From assembly GCA_020184695.1 (NCBI GenBank), contig JAANOX010000018.1, positions 1 to 64,000 of the forward strand: a DNA stretch of 64,000 bases, given 5' to 3'. Below the pieces are notes generated by a model, which was not told where the DNA came from, did not search any database, and was given only the letters and a program-made list of their open reading frames with translations. Each line of letters begins with the position of its first letter. Position 1 is the first letter of the stretch. This document shows positions 43,982-55,648 of the stretch, piece after piece. The translations under genes and the position numbers were made by a program. Origin of the DNA: Histomonas meleagridis 2922-C6/04-290x. Lineage: Eukaryota; Protista; Parabasalia.

Positions 43982-44767
43982 CTATATTTGGTATTCCATT
44001 TCATCATACCACAATATTCCAGGCCAAGCGTATCTTGTTGATTCCTTTTGTATTGGGAGAATTATTTGATACCAATGTTTACCGAAAGTTTTGAACAATT
44101 TTTTCATTCGTTTTGCTTTGTTTTGTTTATTTACTTTTCCTTCTATCGAAATTGTATCTGCGTTTTGTGCAAAGAATCCATACCCAAAGCCAATAAGCAT
44201 TATTCCTAAAATAACTCCATACAATAATATACAAATTGAAATAATCAGATAATGATTCGGAGAGTTCTTAGTGTTAATTACTGTAATCAATGATGATGGT
44301 ACTGTAGATAAGCAAAATATAGAAGCATAAGCAAATGATAAAAAGAAAGATTTAAAGTTTTTGTCTGCAATACAATTTCCAAACATCGGACAATGATGAT
44401 CATATCTTAGATGACATGCACCACAAAGTTCACAATGATGGGAACCTTTTGGCATTGGAAGGGAACAATAAGGACAAATTGGTATATTTCTAAATTGATA
44501 TGGAATTGTTCCTTCTTCAAATGATTTTAAAAGACCACGTGATTTGAGATCATCTCGAACTCTTCCCGGATCACAGGTAGCTGTTTTTAACCAACACCAT
44601 AACCACATACAGAATGCCCATAGTGTAAAATATTTGTTGATATTAAATAAAAAAGAAAATTTAATAGCTGATGGAAATACAAAAACAAAGCAACAAATTG
44701 CTAAAGCGAAACCAATTCCAAGTGCAAATAAATTTGGAAGAAATAACAGGATTCTAAAACATCTCAT
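43982..44767 (-). CDS. DHHC palmitoyltransferase
   Basis: CPYC..PKGSHHCELCGACHLRYDHHCPMFGNCI; four TM segments. Confidence 0.92.
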   Translation of the reverse strand: MRCFRILLFLPNLFALGIGFALAICCFVFVFPSAIKFSFLFNINKYFTLWAFCMWLWCWLKTATCDPGRVRDDLKSRGLLKSFEEGTIPYQFRNIPICPYCSLPMPKGSHHCELCGACHLRYDHHCPMFGNCIADKNFKSFFLSFAYASIFCLSTVPSSLITVINTKNSPNHYLIISICILLYGVILGIMLIGFGYGFFAQNADTISIEGKVNKQNKAKRMKKLFKTFGKHWYQIILPIQKESTRYAWPGILWYDEMEYQI

Positions 44768-44870
44768 TTGGCCGGTTGGAAACCAAAACCGTTAATATGA
44801 CATTTTTATTTTTATAGAATTAATACCAAAAAAATAATTTTACTCAAAAAAATGTTACCAAATAATTATA

Positions 44871-44878
44871 AAAGTGAC
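44871..44878. promoter_or_regulatory. AAAGTGAC (trichomonad M2-type motif) in the DHHC/TOR divergent promoter
   Basis: Exact motif. It, or its reverse GTCACTTT, also lies upstream of other genes (about 6329, 21659, 40229, 52736). Confidence 0.5.
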
Positions 44879-44943
44879 AATTTATTCAATGAATTAATTT
44901 GACAATTTCTACAAAAATTGAATTAGAAACAAGCGGAAAACAA

Positions 44944-47900
44944 ATGAGCGACGAAATAACAGGAAGCTTTATAGTTAAAACACGCAAATTTTTTGCAACT
45001 CTCACACAAAAGCTTAATTTATATGGTACTCATGAGTTTGATAAATTAATACATCTTTTCCATTTATTTGTACGGAATCAATATTTAATCAGAAAAGAAC
45101 GAAATCTTGTACAAGATTTATATACAGATTTACTTGGTGAACTTAAAAATGTGGAAAATCAAACAACTGTTATTATAGTTTTAGACACAATAATTAATAT
45201 TGATATCGGAGATAAAATTTTAAAGGCGAATAGAATTTCTTTCCAGTTTAGAGGTTTACACTGTGATACAAATCATATTTTTTGGATTACACTCGAACGT
45301 GTTTTACGTTGGCTTGATAAAACTAATCCCAAGTCAATAGATCAAATTCTTTTACCGTATCAATCATTAATATCCACCATACAATCTAACGATGAGTCCA
45401 AAGCCATTTGTATTTTTAATGTTATTCCAATTTTATATCGAAATTTTTCAAATAAGATCACAATATCTGATGCTAAACTGATCCAGGCCTTTGCCATTGG
45501 GTTTCAGTTTTCATCTCCTAAAGTTTATTCTGTTGCCAAGCGAGCTTTAAAGCTTGTCTTAAAAATACGGAAAGATTTTCCGATCAAACAACTTTGTCAA
45601 ATATTATCAAACTCATGTACAGTACCCGAATACATAGAAGGTACATGCATAGCCATTCAAACCATCATTAAATTTGATATTCAAAATACCAATAATTTCA
45701 ATTTTTCAAACCCACAAATTTCTTTACTAGATTCACGTGAAATTCAAATGCGTTTACCAATATATTCGTTTTTACCCATTTGTTATCGTTGTTCTCCGAA
45801 TTTGTTCACCGAAGAAATCCATCTAAAAATCATTAAAGCATATTCAGTTCTTATTCGGAAAAAAGCGGCGAATCGAAACGAAGCATTAATTGGTTTTGCA
45901 AATTATATTTTTTCACGAAAAGGCGAATTTAGTAAAAATGAAAAATCTAATTTAGAGAAATGCAAAAAATTACTTGAACCAATTGATAGTGAACAATCAT
46001 CATATTGTTTTTGTTCATTATTAACTATATCACCTGAACATTTTAATGATGAAATTAATATTGTTTTTGGATATCCATTAACGAGTTTTATAGTGAAAGG
46101 ATTATATGAATTTAGTCAAATCTTTCCAAAATATACAGAAACTTTATGTGAAAAAGTAATAAATTCCATAAATGAAATATTACTAAATGATGAATCAGAT
46201 CCTAAATCGATATTAGAAGCATTTAAGAGTTTAAGGAAAATGAAAATCCCAAACAAAATGATAACATTAGAAATGATAATGTTATACTCAATGCATATGT
46301 CAAGTTTAAGCTTAAAGATACGAAGGATTTCATCACAATTTGTATTAGATTATCAAAGAAAGGCGCCATCCATTGATATAATATTAAGAATTCTAAGTAT
46401 AATTTCTACTGAATCGAATGTTGAACAACAAGAATATTTAATGTTTAATCTTAATAAGGAAACATCAGATAAAAGAGTATTAAATCCATTAAAGTTATTA
46501 TTACATGATTCAACTCAAAGTATTCGATTAGAAGCATTAAAATTTATTACACATTTATCATATATTTCAGAAGCACAATCATTACTTAAAGGATTTTTAA
46601 TTGAGAAAATTCGTGACTTAGAACAATCATCAGTTATATTTAAGGAACATATTAAATGTTTTTTAATTGTTTCTGATGCGGCGTTTTCTAATAATCCGAA
46701 ATATTCTAATTATGCGAAACATTTATTATATGTTTTTTCATCATTTTTAATACAATATTTATTAAAATCGACACAAATATTATCAACAACTTCAATACAA
46801 TTATTATCACAACTTTTAAAGTTATCTCCACAAAGTACAGATATTGAATTATTAGTAAATTTAATACGTAATAATTTGAATTATTCAACACCTAAACGAT
46901 TTGAAGCAGTCACTAATTTAATACAATCCGCATTAAATAATACTGATTTGAAATATTTAATATATAATCAATATTCAGATATTATTGTAAAACTTTTAGA
47001 ATATTCGAATATACATATGACAGATAAATCGTCAATAAAAATGTTAAAGTTATTAAGTAATATCGGTGCTATATCACCTGCAATCATATCCAAATTACAA
47101 ATTAAAGAAAAGAATCAAAAAGATAATAAAATTATTACTCCTAATACATATTTATTTAATTATACCTTCAAAAATGCGATTGAAGGTTTAACAATGGCTT
47201 CAGTCGGTGTAGCATCATTAACATTATTAGATATATTATCTGATGAATCACAATCAACAATACACTCAATAGCTATTGAAGCATTATTAAATATATTAAG
47301 AGCACATCGATTAATGATTTCGGATGAATTAGAATCACAAATAATGATAAAAATCTCGAAATTAATATCTATGGGAGGCACATCATCAGTATCAGTATTA
47401 ATTAAGAACATGTCGACATTAATTACAGTTTTAGGCGATAGTTTTATACCTTTAGTACCACATGTAGTTGAATTAATATGTAATAATTGGAAGAAATTAG
47501 ATCAATCATTATTAATTCGTATATTAAATTGGTTAATGTTATATTTACCAGAATCTTGTATACCATATTTACCAAGAATTGCTGCAATATTATTCCAAGA
47601 TATCGAAACTGAAAATGCAAAATCTGTTTCAGGGATTTTATTAGCAATTTTATCATTTGGTCAATATGTAAAGAATATTGATCATATAATATATCCACCA
47701 TTATTAGAATGGATTAAATATCATGCAAATGAACCGATTGAAGATATATTGGAGACCTTCAAAGATATATTAATTAATGGAGGTACATTAAAATTCTCTT
47801 CACAATTATTAAAGACTATGATACAAATTGTCCAAATTAATCATTCTTTACATGATAAAGTCATTGAAATCATTTTAGTTATTGGTGTACATTTAGGCCA

Positions 47901-50900
47901 ACAATTTTTACTTTATATACCACAAATATCAACTGTCTTAAACTTATATTCAAATGCTGATTTAATTGCTTATATAATCTCATTAAAAATAGGTGAACCT
48001 ACTCCTAAGAAAATATTACAAAAATTAACTCCGGAACCATTAAAAATATCAACGAAACGTATACCAACAAAATCGACAGTAGTTTCAAGTGAATTTCAAT
48101 TACTTGATATTATTACGCCACAAATGGATTATGATGAATCACAATGGAATAAATGGTGTGAAGACTTCTTCGGTTTAATGGTAAGTTCATCATCTTCGAG
48201 AGCTATATCTGCATGTGAAAGTGTCATTGAAAAACATGCAGGTATTAGAGATTCATTATATCCTATAACATTAGCATTATATTATTTCCAATATAAAAAT
48301 GTACGAAATGAAGGAATCAGTAATTTATTCATTAAATTATTTAGATATAATACTATACCGAGAAATGTAATTCGACATTTTTTAGCCGCAATTGAAATCA
48401 TCGAAGTTTTAGGTGGTGATTTACCTATTAGTTTAAAGGCGATTGCATTAACTGCACAAAAAGCAGAAAGAATTGCACAATCATTACGAGCGTCGGAAGC
48501 ATTATATGAGAATTTAGATAATTCACAAACAGAAAAACTAATTGTCTTAAATCAACAATTAGGTTTACCTTTAGCTGCTAAAGGTATCTTAAGAGTAGCA
48601 GCATTAAGAGGTATTTCTACAAAACAAGCTATCTTAGCTGAGCGATTAGGTCTATGGGAAGATGCCTTAGAATTATATCATAATGAATTACAAAATAATC
48701 CAAATGATATGCAACTTTATAAAGGCAAATTAAATTGTTTAAAGAATTTGTCACAATATAAAGCATTAAAAGAAGCTTCTTCGAATGGTAATTGGCCTTT
48801 ATATTTAGCTAATGCAGAATGGCGAATGTTTGAAAAAAAGCAATTCCTTGAAACAGTATCGAAATTATCTAATAACACTTCTGTTGATGGATTATTCTTA
48901 AGATCATTATCATGTGTAATGAAAAATGATTTTAATACTGCAAAAGATTTATTGAAACAAATGCAATTGAAATTTATTGATCGAATCTTCCCAGTAATCT
49001 CAGAAGACTATGAACAAGTATATAATGAATTTACAAAGATATCATTTGCATCAGAAATTAATGAAGTTATTAAATATAAGAAATTGAAATTGGAATCTAA
49101 AAATATATTTAATGAAAATAGAGATAATATATTAAAGAGTTTATCATTGATTAAAAAGGTTTGGGAAATTAGATATGATCAATTACCAGATAATCCTAAC
49201 ATTATGCATCATGCTTTATGTATTCGATCATTAGTATTAAAGCCTAAGTCACTTAAGCCTCAATGGTTAAAGTTTCTAAATTGTGCAATTAAATATAAAA
49301 GATATGAATTATTATCTAATTCATTTGACTATTTAAAGAGTTCATTAAAAGAACTTGATACAGACTTCAAATTTGTTTATAGTCGATTTCTTTATTGCGA
49401 AGGGAAAGTTGATGAAGCGATTAAAGAATTACCATTTGATAAAGTCGAATCATATTATTTATTAAGTAAATGGAACTTCGAAAAGAAGAATGACGAAGAA
49501 TCACATAAAAACCTCATCAAATTCTTCGATAATAATAACTTTAATTATACTGATGAACAATGTTCATTTTGGTCACAAGTCAATTATACATTATATGAAA
49601 AGACTCATGATAAATCTTATTTAATTGATTCATTAGATGGATTACTTAAAGGTATTTTATTAAGGCCATCACATTCTTTATCATTTACATTACGAATTTT
49701 ATCGATTCTTTTCCAAAATGGTTTCGAAGAATTATATCAAAAGTTCCAAAGTTATTTATCCGAATTACCATTAATAGTTTGGATAGAAGTATTACCACAA
49801 ATTATTGCAAGGACTAATTCTAATGACTTAAAACTTAAAGAATTAATCGAAAACTTATTATTAGTAATTGGTAAACATCAGCCTCAATTGGTATTACATT
49901 CTTTAATGGTTCCATTAAAAAGTGAATCATCAAATCGCCAAAAAGTTGCCCAAATTATATTCAATAAAATTCAACAAGAATTTCCGAACATAGTTAGTCA
50001 AATTCTGATATTGTCAAATGAATTAATACGTGTGGCTACTTCATGGTGGGAAATGTGGTTCTCTCAAATAGAAGAAGCTTCCCGTGCTTATGTAATGCGT
50101 AAGAACAAACAAGAGATGGTTGATATCTTATTACCATATCATAAGTTTTTATCAGAAGAACCAAAGACGTTTTATGAGTTAATGTTCATAAAACAATTTA
50201 ACTATAAATTAGAAATAGCTAAACAATGGCTAATTAAATATAACGAAACACAAAATGATAATTGTTTATTACAAGCATGGACAATATACATCGAAGTATT
50301 TCATCAACTAAAACCTTTGATAGCTGATTTAACTACAATAAAACTAAGTGATGCATCGCCATTACTATTAAACTTACAAAACACTGATCTATTTGTTCCT
50401 GGTACATATGAAATTAATCAGCCATTGATATTATTAACTAATGTCGAGTCAGAAATGGTTGTAATGCGGAGTAAACAAAGGCCACGAAAAATGGCATTAA
50501 TTGGTTCTGATGGCACTAAATTCACATTCTTATTAAAGGCAAACGAAGACACACGTTTGGATGAACGTGTTATGCAATTATTCTCTTTAGTGAACTCAAT
50601 TATCCTACAAAGTAAAAAACCGTTAAAGGAAAAACTGACAATTATAACGTACAAAGTGATGCCGATCACTCAAAAAGTCGGTTTAATAGGGTGGGTACCA
50701 AACTGTAACACTTTATACGACTTAGTGAAAATGAACAGAAAAAAGCACGAAATACCTTTAGAGATAGAATACCAAACTACGATGAAGTTTTGCCCTAAGT
50801 TTGAATCTTTACCTTATTGTGATGATAAACTAATAGGTTTCCAACAAGGAATGAAGGCTCAGCCTGGTAATGATTTAAAGAATTTAATGTTAACTATGGC

Positions 50901-51459
50901 TGATGATTCAAACCATTGGATTGAACATAGAACGTTGTACACAACATCATTGGCTATGACGTCAATGGTTGGCTATATATTAGGTTTAGGTGATAGACAT
51001 TTGTGTAATATAATGATAAAGAAAAGAAATTCGAAATTGGTTCATATCGACTTCGGTGATTGTTTCGAAGTGGCTATGCATAGAGATAAGTTCCCCGAAA
51101 AAGTACCGTTTCGATTAACAAGAATGTTACAGAACGCATTGGAAGTGTCAAAAATTGATGGCACTTTTAGGTATTGTTGTCAAAATGTGATGAGTTTGTT
51201 AAGGGAAAATGGTGAGCAAATTCTTGGATTATTAGAAGTGTTTATTTATGATCCGTTATTGCAATGGATTACTGAGGGTGAAAATGAAAGTAAATCGGCA
51301 ATTAATATTATTAAAAGAATTGACGATAAGTTAAAGGGTAAAGAATTGGGCGGTGATAAGGTGACGCCATTCGTGGATCAGGTCGATTATTTAATTAAAG
51401 AGGCTACGGATCCGAAGAATTTATGTATGATGTTCATTGGGTGGTACCCATGGTGGTGA
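44944..51459 (+). CDS. TOR: Target of rapamycin (PIKK) kinase
   Basis: HEAT repeats, FAT, FRB (ELIRVATSWWEMW..EEASRAY), kinase domain (SKQRPRK, EDTRLDERVMQLF, GLGDRH, HIDFGD), FATC (FIGWYPWW). Likely ATG at 44944. Confidence 0.93.
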   Translation: MSDEITGSFIVKTRKFFATLTQKLNLYGTHEFDKLIHLFHLFVRNQYLIRKERNLVQDLYTDLLGELKNVENQTTVIIVLDTIINIDIGDKILKANRISFQFRGLHCDTNHIFWITLERVLRWLDKTNPKSIDQILLPYQSLISTIQSNDESKAICIFNVIPILYRNFSNKITISDAKLIQAFAIGFQFSSPKVYSVAKRALKLVLKIRKDFPIKQLCQILSNSCTVPEYIEGTCIAIQTIIKFDIQNTNNFNFSNPQISLLDSREIQMRLPIYSFLPICYRCSPNLFTEEIHLKIIKAYSVLIRKKAANRNEALIGFANYIFSRKGEFSKNEKSNLEKCKKLLEPIDSEQSSYCFCSLLTISPEHFNDEINIVFGYPLTSFIVKGLYEFSQIFPKYTETLCEKVINSINEILLNDESDPKSILEAFKSLRKMKIPNKMITLEMIMLYSMHMSSLSLKIRRISSQFVLDYQRKAPSIDIILRILSIISTESNVEQQEYLMFNLNKETSDKRVLNPLKLLLHDSTQSIRLEALKFITHLSYISEAQSLLKGFLIEKIRDLEQSSVIFKEHIKCFLIVSDAAFSNNPKYSNYAKHLLYVFSSFLIQYLLKSTQILSTTSIQLLSQLLKLSPQSTDIELLVNLIRNNLNYSTPKRFEAVTNLIQSALNNTDLKYLIYNQYSDIIVKLLEYSNIHMTDKSSIKMLKLLSNIGAISPAIISKLQIKEKNQKDNKIITPNTYLFNYTFKNAIEGLTMASVGVASLTLLDILSDESQSTIHSIAIEALLNILRAHRLMISDELESQIMIKISKLISMGGTSSVSVLIKNMSTLITVLGDSFIPLVPHVVELICNNWKKLDQSLLIRILNWLMLYLPESCIPYLPRIAAILFQDIETENAKSVSGILLAILSFGQYVKNIDHIIYPPLLEWIKYHANEPIEDILETFKDILINGGTLKFSSQLLKTMIQIVQINHSLHDKVIEIILVIGVHLGQQFLLYIPQISTVLNLYSNADLIAYIISLKIGEPTPKKILQKLTPEPLKISTKRIPTKSTVVSSEFQLLDIITPQMDYDESQWNKWCEDFFGLMVSSSSSRAISACESVIEKHAGIRDSLYPITLALYYFQYKNVRNEGISNLFIKLFRYNTIPRNVIRHFLAAIEIIEVLGGDLPISLKAIALTAQKAERIAQSLRASEALYENLDNSQTEKLIVLNQQLGLPLAAKGILRVAALRGISTKQAILAERLGLWEDALELYHNELQNNPNDMQLYKGKLNCLKNLSQYKALKEASSNGNWPLYLANAEWRMFEKKQFLETVSKLSNNTSVDGLFLRSLSCVMKNDFNTAKDLLKQMQLKFIDRIFPVISEDYEQVYNEFTKISFASEINEVIKYKKLKLESKNIFNENRDNILKSLSLIKKVWEIRYDQLPDNPNIMHHALCIRSLVLKPKSLKPQWLKFLNCAIKYKRYELLSNSFDYLKSSLKELDTDFKFVYSRFLYCEGKVDEAIKELPFDKVESYYLLSKWNFEKKNDEESHKNLIKFFDNNNFNYTDEQCSFWSQVNYTLYEKTHDKSYLIDSLDGLLKGILLRPSHSLSFTLRILSILFQNGFEELYQKFQSYLSELPLIVWIEVLPQIIARTNSNDLKLKELIENLLLVIGKHQPQLVLHSLMVPLKSESSNRQKVAQIIFNKIQQEFPNIVSQILILSNELIRVATSWWEMWFSQIEEASRAYVMRKNKQEMVDILLPYHKFLSEEPKTFYELMFIKQFNYKLEIAKQWLIKYNETQNDNCLLQAWTIYIEVFHQLKPLIADLTTIKLSDASPLLLNLQNTDLFVPGTYEINQPLILLTNVESEMVVMRSKQRPRKMALIGSDGTKFTFLLKANEDTRLDERVMQLFSLVNSIILQSKKPLKEKLTIITYKVMPITQKVGLIGWVPNCNTLYDLVKMNRKKHEIPLEIEYQTTMKFCPKFESLPYCDDKLIGFQQGMKAQPGNDLKNLMLTMADDSNHWIEHRTLYTTSLAMTSMVGYILGLGDRHLCNIMIKKRNSKLVHIDFGDCFEVAMHRDKFPEKVPFRLTRMLQNALEVSKIDGTFRYCCQNVMSLLRENGEQILGLLEVFIYDPLLQWITEGENESKSAINIIKRIDDKLKGKELGGDKVTPFVDQVDYLIKEATDPKNLCMMFIGWYPWW

Positions 51460-51613
51460 TATACCCAATATTATAATTAACTAAAAAGTTTTCTGTTATC
51501 TTTGCGAACTGTTTAAAAGTTTTGGTAAATAAAGCTGATAACAATTTTGTTGAAGTATTTTATGACACTTTTCTTGTATTGTTCGAACAAAGTTTCTGAA
51601 TTTAAAATAGAAA

Positions 51614-51889
51614 ATGTACCACGCACCAGACCAAAGAAAAATACTCGAACCACCACTACATGTTCTGTTCGGTTACTTGAAGGAGGGACAGCGAATTAGA
51701 ATTCATTTAAATCAGAATAATAAAATGGTTATCGAAGGAAAAATTTTGGGATTTGACGAATTCATGAATATCGTCCTTGGAGATGCTTTTGAAGTATACA
51801 GGAAAGGCAATAGGATTTCACTTGGAACCACAATGCTTAGAGGAGAATGCGTTGGACTTATTCATGGAATTCCAAATACGATTGAATAA
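51614..51889 (+). CDS. SNRPE: Small nuclear ribonucleoprotein Sm E
   Basis: PLHVLFGYL..IEGKILGFDEFMNIVLGDA..LGTTMLRGECV. Confidence 0.88.
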   Translation: MYHAPDQRKILEPPLHVLFGYLKEGQRIRIHLNQNNKMVIEGKILGFDEFMNIVLGDAFEVYRKGNRISLGTTMLRGECVGLIHGIPNTIE

Positions 51890-52048
51890 ATTTTTTTATA
51901 ATTAAACTGCTTCAATTAATTCATTAAATGCTATTGTAACCTGGTTATTGGAAAAAATGAATGTCATAAATGTCAAATTATTTGACATAACAAATTTTGA
52001 TTCTCAGAAACCTTATGAGTTACTTAATATGTTAAGAAAAAAAATTTA

Positions 52049-52696
52049 TTAGATTTCATAGTGATCGAGATATGCTGCATAACTTTTCTGGATAATTCTT
52101 TTCGCGTGACCTGAACCCATTGTTTGGAACGTCTTCACTGTCTTCCTTTCAAGCGTCTTATAGTCATTGAAGAATTGATTAATTTTTAGCATTTTGTATG
52201 GAGGAAGTTCTGAAATGTCGAAATAAATGTTGTACTCTGGGTCGCTAACGCATACAGCAATGATTTTATCATCTGGCTTTCCACAGTCGATCATTGGCAT
52301 CACTCCAATTGGTCTTGCTTTTAGAATGCATAATGGTGGAACTGAAAGTTGACAAAGAACGAGTATATCAAGCGGATCTCCGTCTTCTGCAAGAGTTTTT
52401 GGGATAAACCCGTAGTTAGCTGGATAAACGACAGATGAGTGAAGGATTCGATCAACTTTTAGTAAACCTGTTGGTTTATCGAGCTCTGTTTTTACACGAG
52501 ATTCTGCTGGTATTTCTATTACACAGTTCACGATATCAGGACTTGTTTGTCCAATGTCAACGTTATGCCAAGGATGATGAATCATCATTGATCGTTCCTC
52601 GTATTGTTCAGGCCTTCTTCTGTTTATCTCGACTTTACGGAACAGAGACTCCATGTACTGTCGGTATTCCTTGTCATCATCATTTTCTTTGTTCAT
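52049..52696 (-). CDS. Soluble inorganic pyrophosphatase (family I)
   Basis: [40 protein letters not shown]. Confidence 0.92.
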   Translation of the reverse strand: MNKENDDDKEYRQYMESLFRKVEINRRRPEQYEERSMMIHHPWHNVDIGQTSPDIVNCVIEIPAESRVKTELDKPTGLLKVDRILHSSVVYPANYGFIPKTLAEDGDPLDILVLCQLSVPPLCILKARPIGVMPMIDCGKPDDKIIAVCVSDPEYNIYFDISELPPYKMLKINQFFNDYKTLERKTVKTFQTMGSGHAKRIIQKSYAAYLDHYEI

Positions 52697-53000
52697 TTTG
52701 GGAGAAAAAAGCGGAAACGATACAACCGCTTGATGAAAGTGACACTAAAACTCCTTATTCAATGGTTTATACTTAAGGATTTTTGGGTTGAGTAAACTCG
52801 TTAAAAAGTCAAAATAAAGCATTAAATTACAGCATAAATTTAGAGTTAGGTGTGTTGCATTAATGGTCTAATTAGACAAGGGGCTAAACAAGAATATCCA
52901 GAAAACCACAAATTTGGAGGTGTATAGTTGACACACACACACAAAAAAAAAAAATATTTTGATAAAGTATTTTTCGAACTGAAAACAAAGTGGTGTAGGC

Positions 53001-53328
53001 TGAACTATACCCCCGGAAAAAACACGTTATTTACGATAGGGTACGATATACATTATATGGTAAAAATGATCGTTCGAAAAAATTTCGTATGAAATTTTGT
53101 ATTCAATATAACGTACACATCAATTTTACAACCACGTAAAATTATCAAAATATCACGATCTAAATTTTGTCAACTTTACATATAAGTAAAGTATTCATAT
53201 ATTTTACATAATTTTACAACGTATGCCAAAAATCATTTCTATGAAATTTTTTCGAACGATCATTTTTATCATAAAATGTCTATCGTACTTTATCGTAAAT
53301 AACTTGTTTAGTATGGGGGTATCGTTCA
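53001..53328. mobile_element. MITE-like element with ~95-nt imperfect terminal inverted repeats
   Basis: Left arm TGAACTATACCCC..GTTATTTACGATAGGGTACGATATACATTATATGGTAAAAATGATCGTTCGAAAAAATTTC matches the reverse complement of 53229-53328. Confidence 0.6.
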
Positions 53329-53503
53329 TCATAGCCACAAAGTGTTTTACCATGCGCTCTCCTTCCTTGTTTCAGGTAAATGCGCCACAGCACAATGTTC
53401 AGACAACGAATGTTTCGTATAAAATGACTTTTGAATTGATATTTGGTCATACGGATTTACAAAAAACTTCTGAGTAAACTATTTAAAATATTTATTTCAC
53501 TTG

Positions 53504-54649
53504 CTAACAACTCATTGAGTACCCTGCAAACGATGGCATTTCCGTCATGACGCAATCAGTTTTCGTCATGTTTCCTTTCATGTAAAATGAGTCTGCTGCC
53601 AACTTATAAATGAAAGCAGCCGGTGCCCAAAAGATCGAGAGCGCGATCTGCGATGCATGCGAAATAATTCCTTTTAGTTTTTCGTCAGATACGACAACAC
53701 TTTCAACGTATCCATTAACAGTATCAATACGTTCTTTTCTCCATGTTCTACTTCTTGAACCTTTAGACTTCATAGCGCTCAAGTATTGGTCAAGTAAGTA
53801 TATGATACGAAGGTTAGACTCATCTTCCCAAACAATGTTCTTCGTGATGTCAATAAAATTAAGTTCATTTTCAGTAGAATTTACGTTCGGGAACTCACAG
53901 TCATCAGTCCAATTCGATGCCCTCAGATATACGTATGGTGAATAGCAATGATGTGTTACTGTTCTCGTTTTCCTTTTGCCATTCGAATGGTAAACACTGG
54001 TTGTTGTGTATGTGCCATGAATTCTAATCATTGAATAAGGTTGGCCAACCGAAAGCTTTGATGTTAAATTATTATATTCGGTACTCGAAATTGGATTTTC
54101 TGCTGTTTTGTATATCGCCGTTTGACTTACGACGACACTATTAACAATCCAAAATATGCCAAAAAGAACACACGCAACGACCGAAAATGCCCAATGAAGA
54201 ACACTGTTGGCTAATATTAAAAATACGCCCAAAGTAACTGCAACAATGCAAAGAACCCAATGAAGTGCTGGGACAGATGCTGGAATTGGGACAACTGTTC
54301 CGTTTCTTTCATTTTTGGCTGCGTTGTATTCATCGCAATAAATAGAGAACAAACAAACCATGTAAAAGAAAAAGAATAATGTAACAATGAGTCCAACAAT
54401 TCGATACCACTTTGAAAAATATTCAATTGCTCTTCCAAAAATCGAGCAAAAACCTGTGGAATGGGAACTACCGGAGTTATCGTTTTCATTGTCTCTTGTT
54501 TCTACGCCTGAATACTGTTCAGGAACATATGTCGGTGCTGAATCAGCTGCATAATCTGGTGTTATATCCTCAAGTGGCATCGAAATTTGTTGTTGAGTGG
54601 GCGGATATTGTTCGTCATGTTGTGGATATGGGTTATATCCATAGCTCAT
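53504..54649 (-). CDS. Multi-pass membrane hypothetical protein
   Basis: Y/P/Q-rich N-terminus, three hydrophobic helices, luminal domain, C-terminal helix. ATG at 54649. Confidence 0.75.
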   Translation of the reverse strand: MSYGYNPYPQHDEQYPPTQQQISMPLEDITPDYAADSAPTYVPEQYSGVETRDNENDNSGSSHSTGFCSIFGRAIEYFSKWYRIVGLIVTLFFFFYMVCLFSIYCDEYNAAKNERNGTVVPIPASVPALHWVLCIVAVTLGVFLILANSVLHWAFSVVACVLFGIFWIVNSVVVSQTAIYKTAENPISSTEYNNLTSKLSVGQPYSMIRIHGTYTTTSVYHSNGKRKTRTVTHHCYSPYVYLRASNWTDDCEFPNVNSTENELNFIDITKNIVWEDESNLRIIYLLDQYLSAMKSKGSRSRTWRKERIDTVNGYVESVVVSDEKLKGIISHASQIALSIFWAPAAFIYKLAADSFYMKGNMTKTDCVMTEMPSFAGYSMSC

Positions 54650-54886
54650 TTTGGAATGTGACAAAAAGCTCTGTAACACACCACCTCTCAAATGTGGTGT
54701 TATTTCAGTAAAACCTTTTTACACCGCATTGAAAACTGAGAATTGATTTATCGATTTATAGTGGTTAAACTTATCAAATTTGTTGTAGCCACTTTAGTCA
54801 AATGCGGTTTAAATTTTAACGGTTTGGCCTTGGAATGAGTAATCTCATAGAATATTTTGAATAGATAATAATTACTTGATGAAAAT

Positions 54887-55648
54887 TTACAATTTCATTT
54901 CGCTTTGGAACACTGTCTCATATTCACTTAGTTGCATTAGATATTTATTGTCTGTTTCACTTATTATGGAATTTGTTTCGTTGTTTAATGTTTTAATTAT
55001 TACGTTAAATGTTTTCGTACAATTTGTTATTGGAACTTTTTGTTGTGTTTTCGATATATTTATAACAATTTCCCAATGAATCGAATTAAAATATTTTTCG
55101 TTTTCTTTTAATGTTTCGCATTGTATAAATATAATCGAAAACGAATAATAATTTGCAATTATTTGTCCGCTGCTATCAAATGACGGAAATATATAATCTG
55201 TTAAATATTTAATGTTTTCGTTGTTCACATTAAAACTTAAAATTCGTAAATTTGTATAACTTTCGAATGTTTCATAACATTTTTCATTTGTTTCCTCTTC
55301 TTCAAACACAAATAGAAATAGTCCTTTGCATTCATACGCTTCACTTAAATATTTTATTAATATCGGAAACACCAAAAATCTTTTTCTTCAATTTGAAGAG
55401 TTTTTATCATTCGAATGAAGAAGATATTCGATAATTCGATTTTGTCTTTCTGTCGTTTGGAATTTTATATTCGTTTCATTTTCATGTTTATGATCAAATG
55501 TTAAATATTTAAGAAGATTTGACGAATTGATCAATATTCGTTTCGTTCGATATTTCATAACTTCAATAAATTGTTCATGAAAACGTGGAATATCCCAAAA
55601 GAAACAAATCTCTTCTTTGGATAATCTTGAAAAGAATAAAAATTCCAT
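54887..55648 (-). pseudogene. Hypothetical gene split by one in-frame TGA
   Basis: ORFs 55648-55388 and 55375-54887 are in the same frame, separated by TGA at 55390-55388. Confidence 0.45.
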
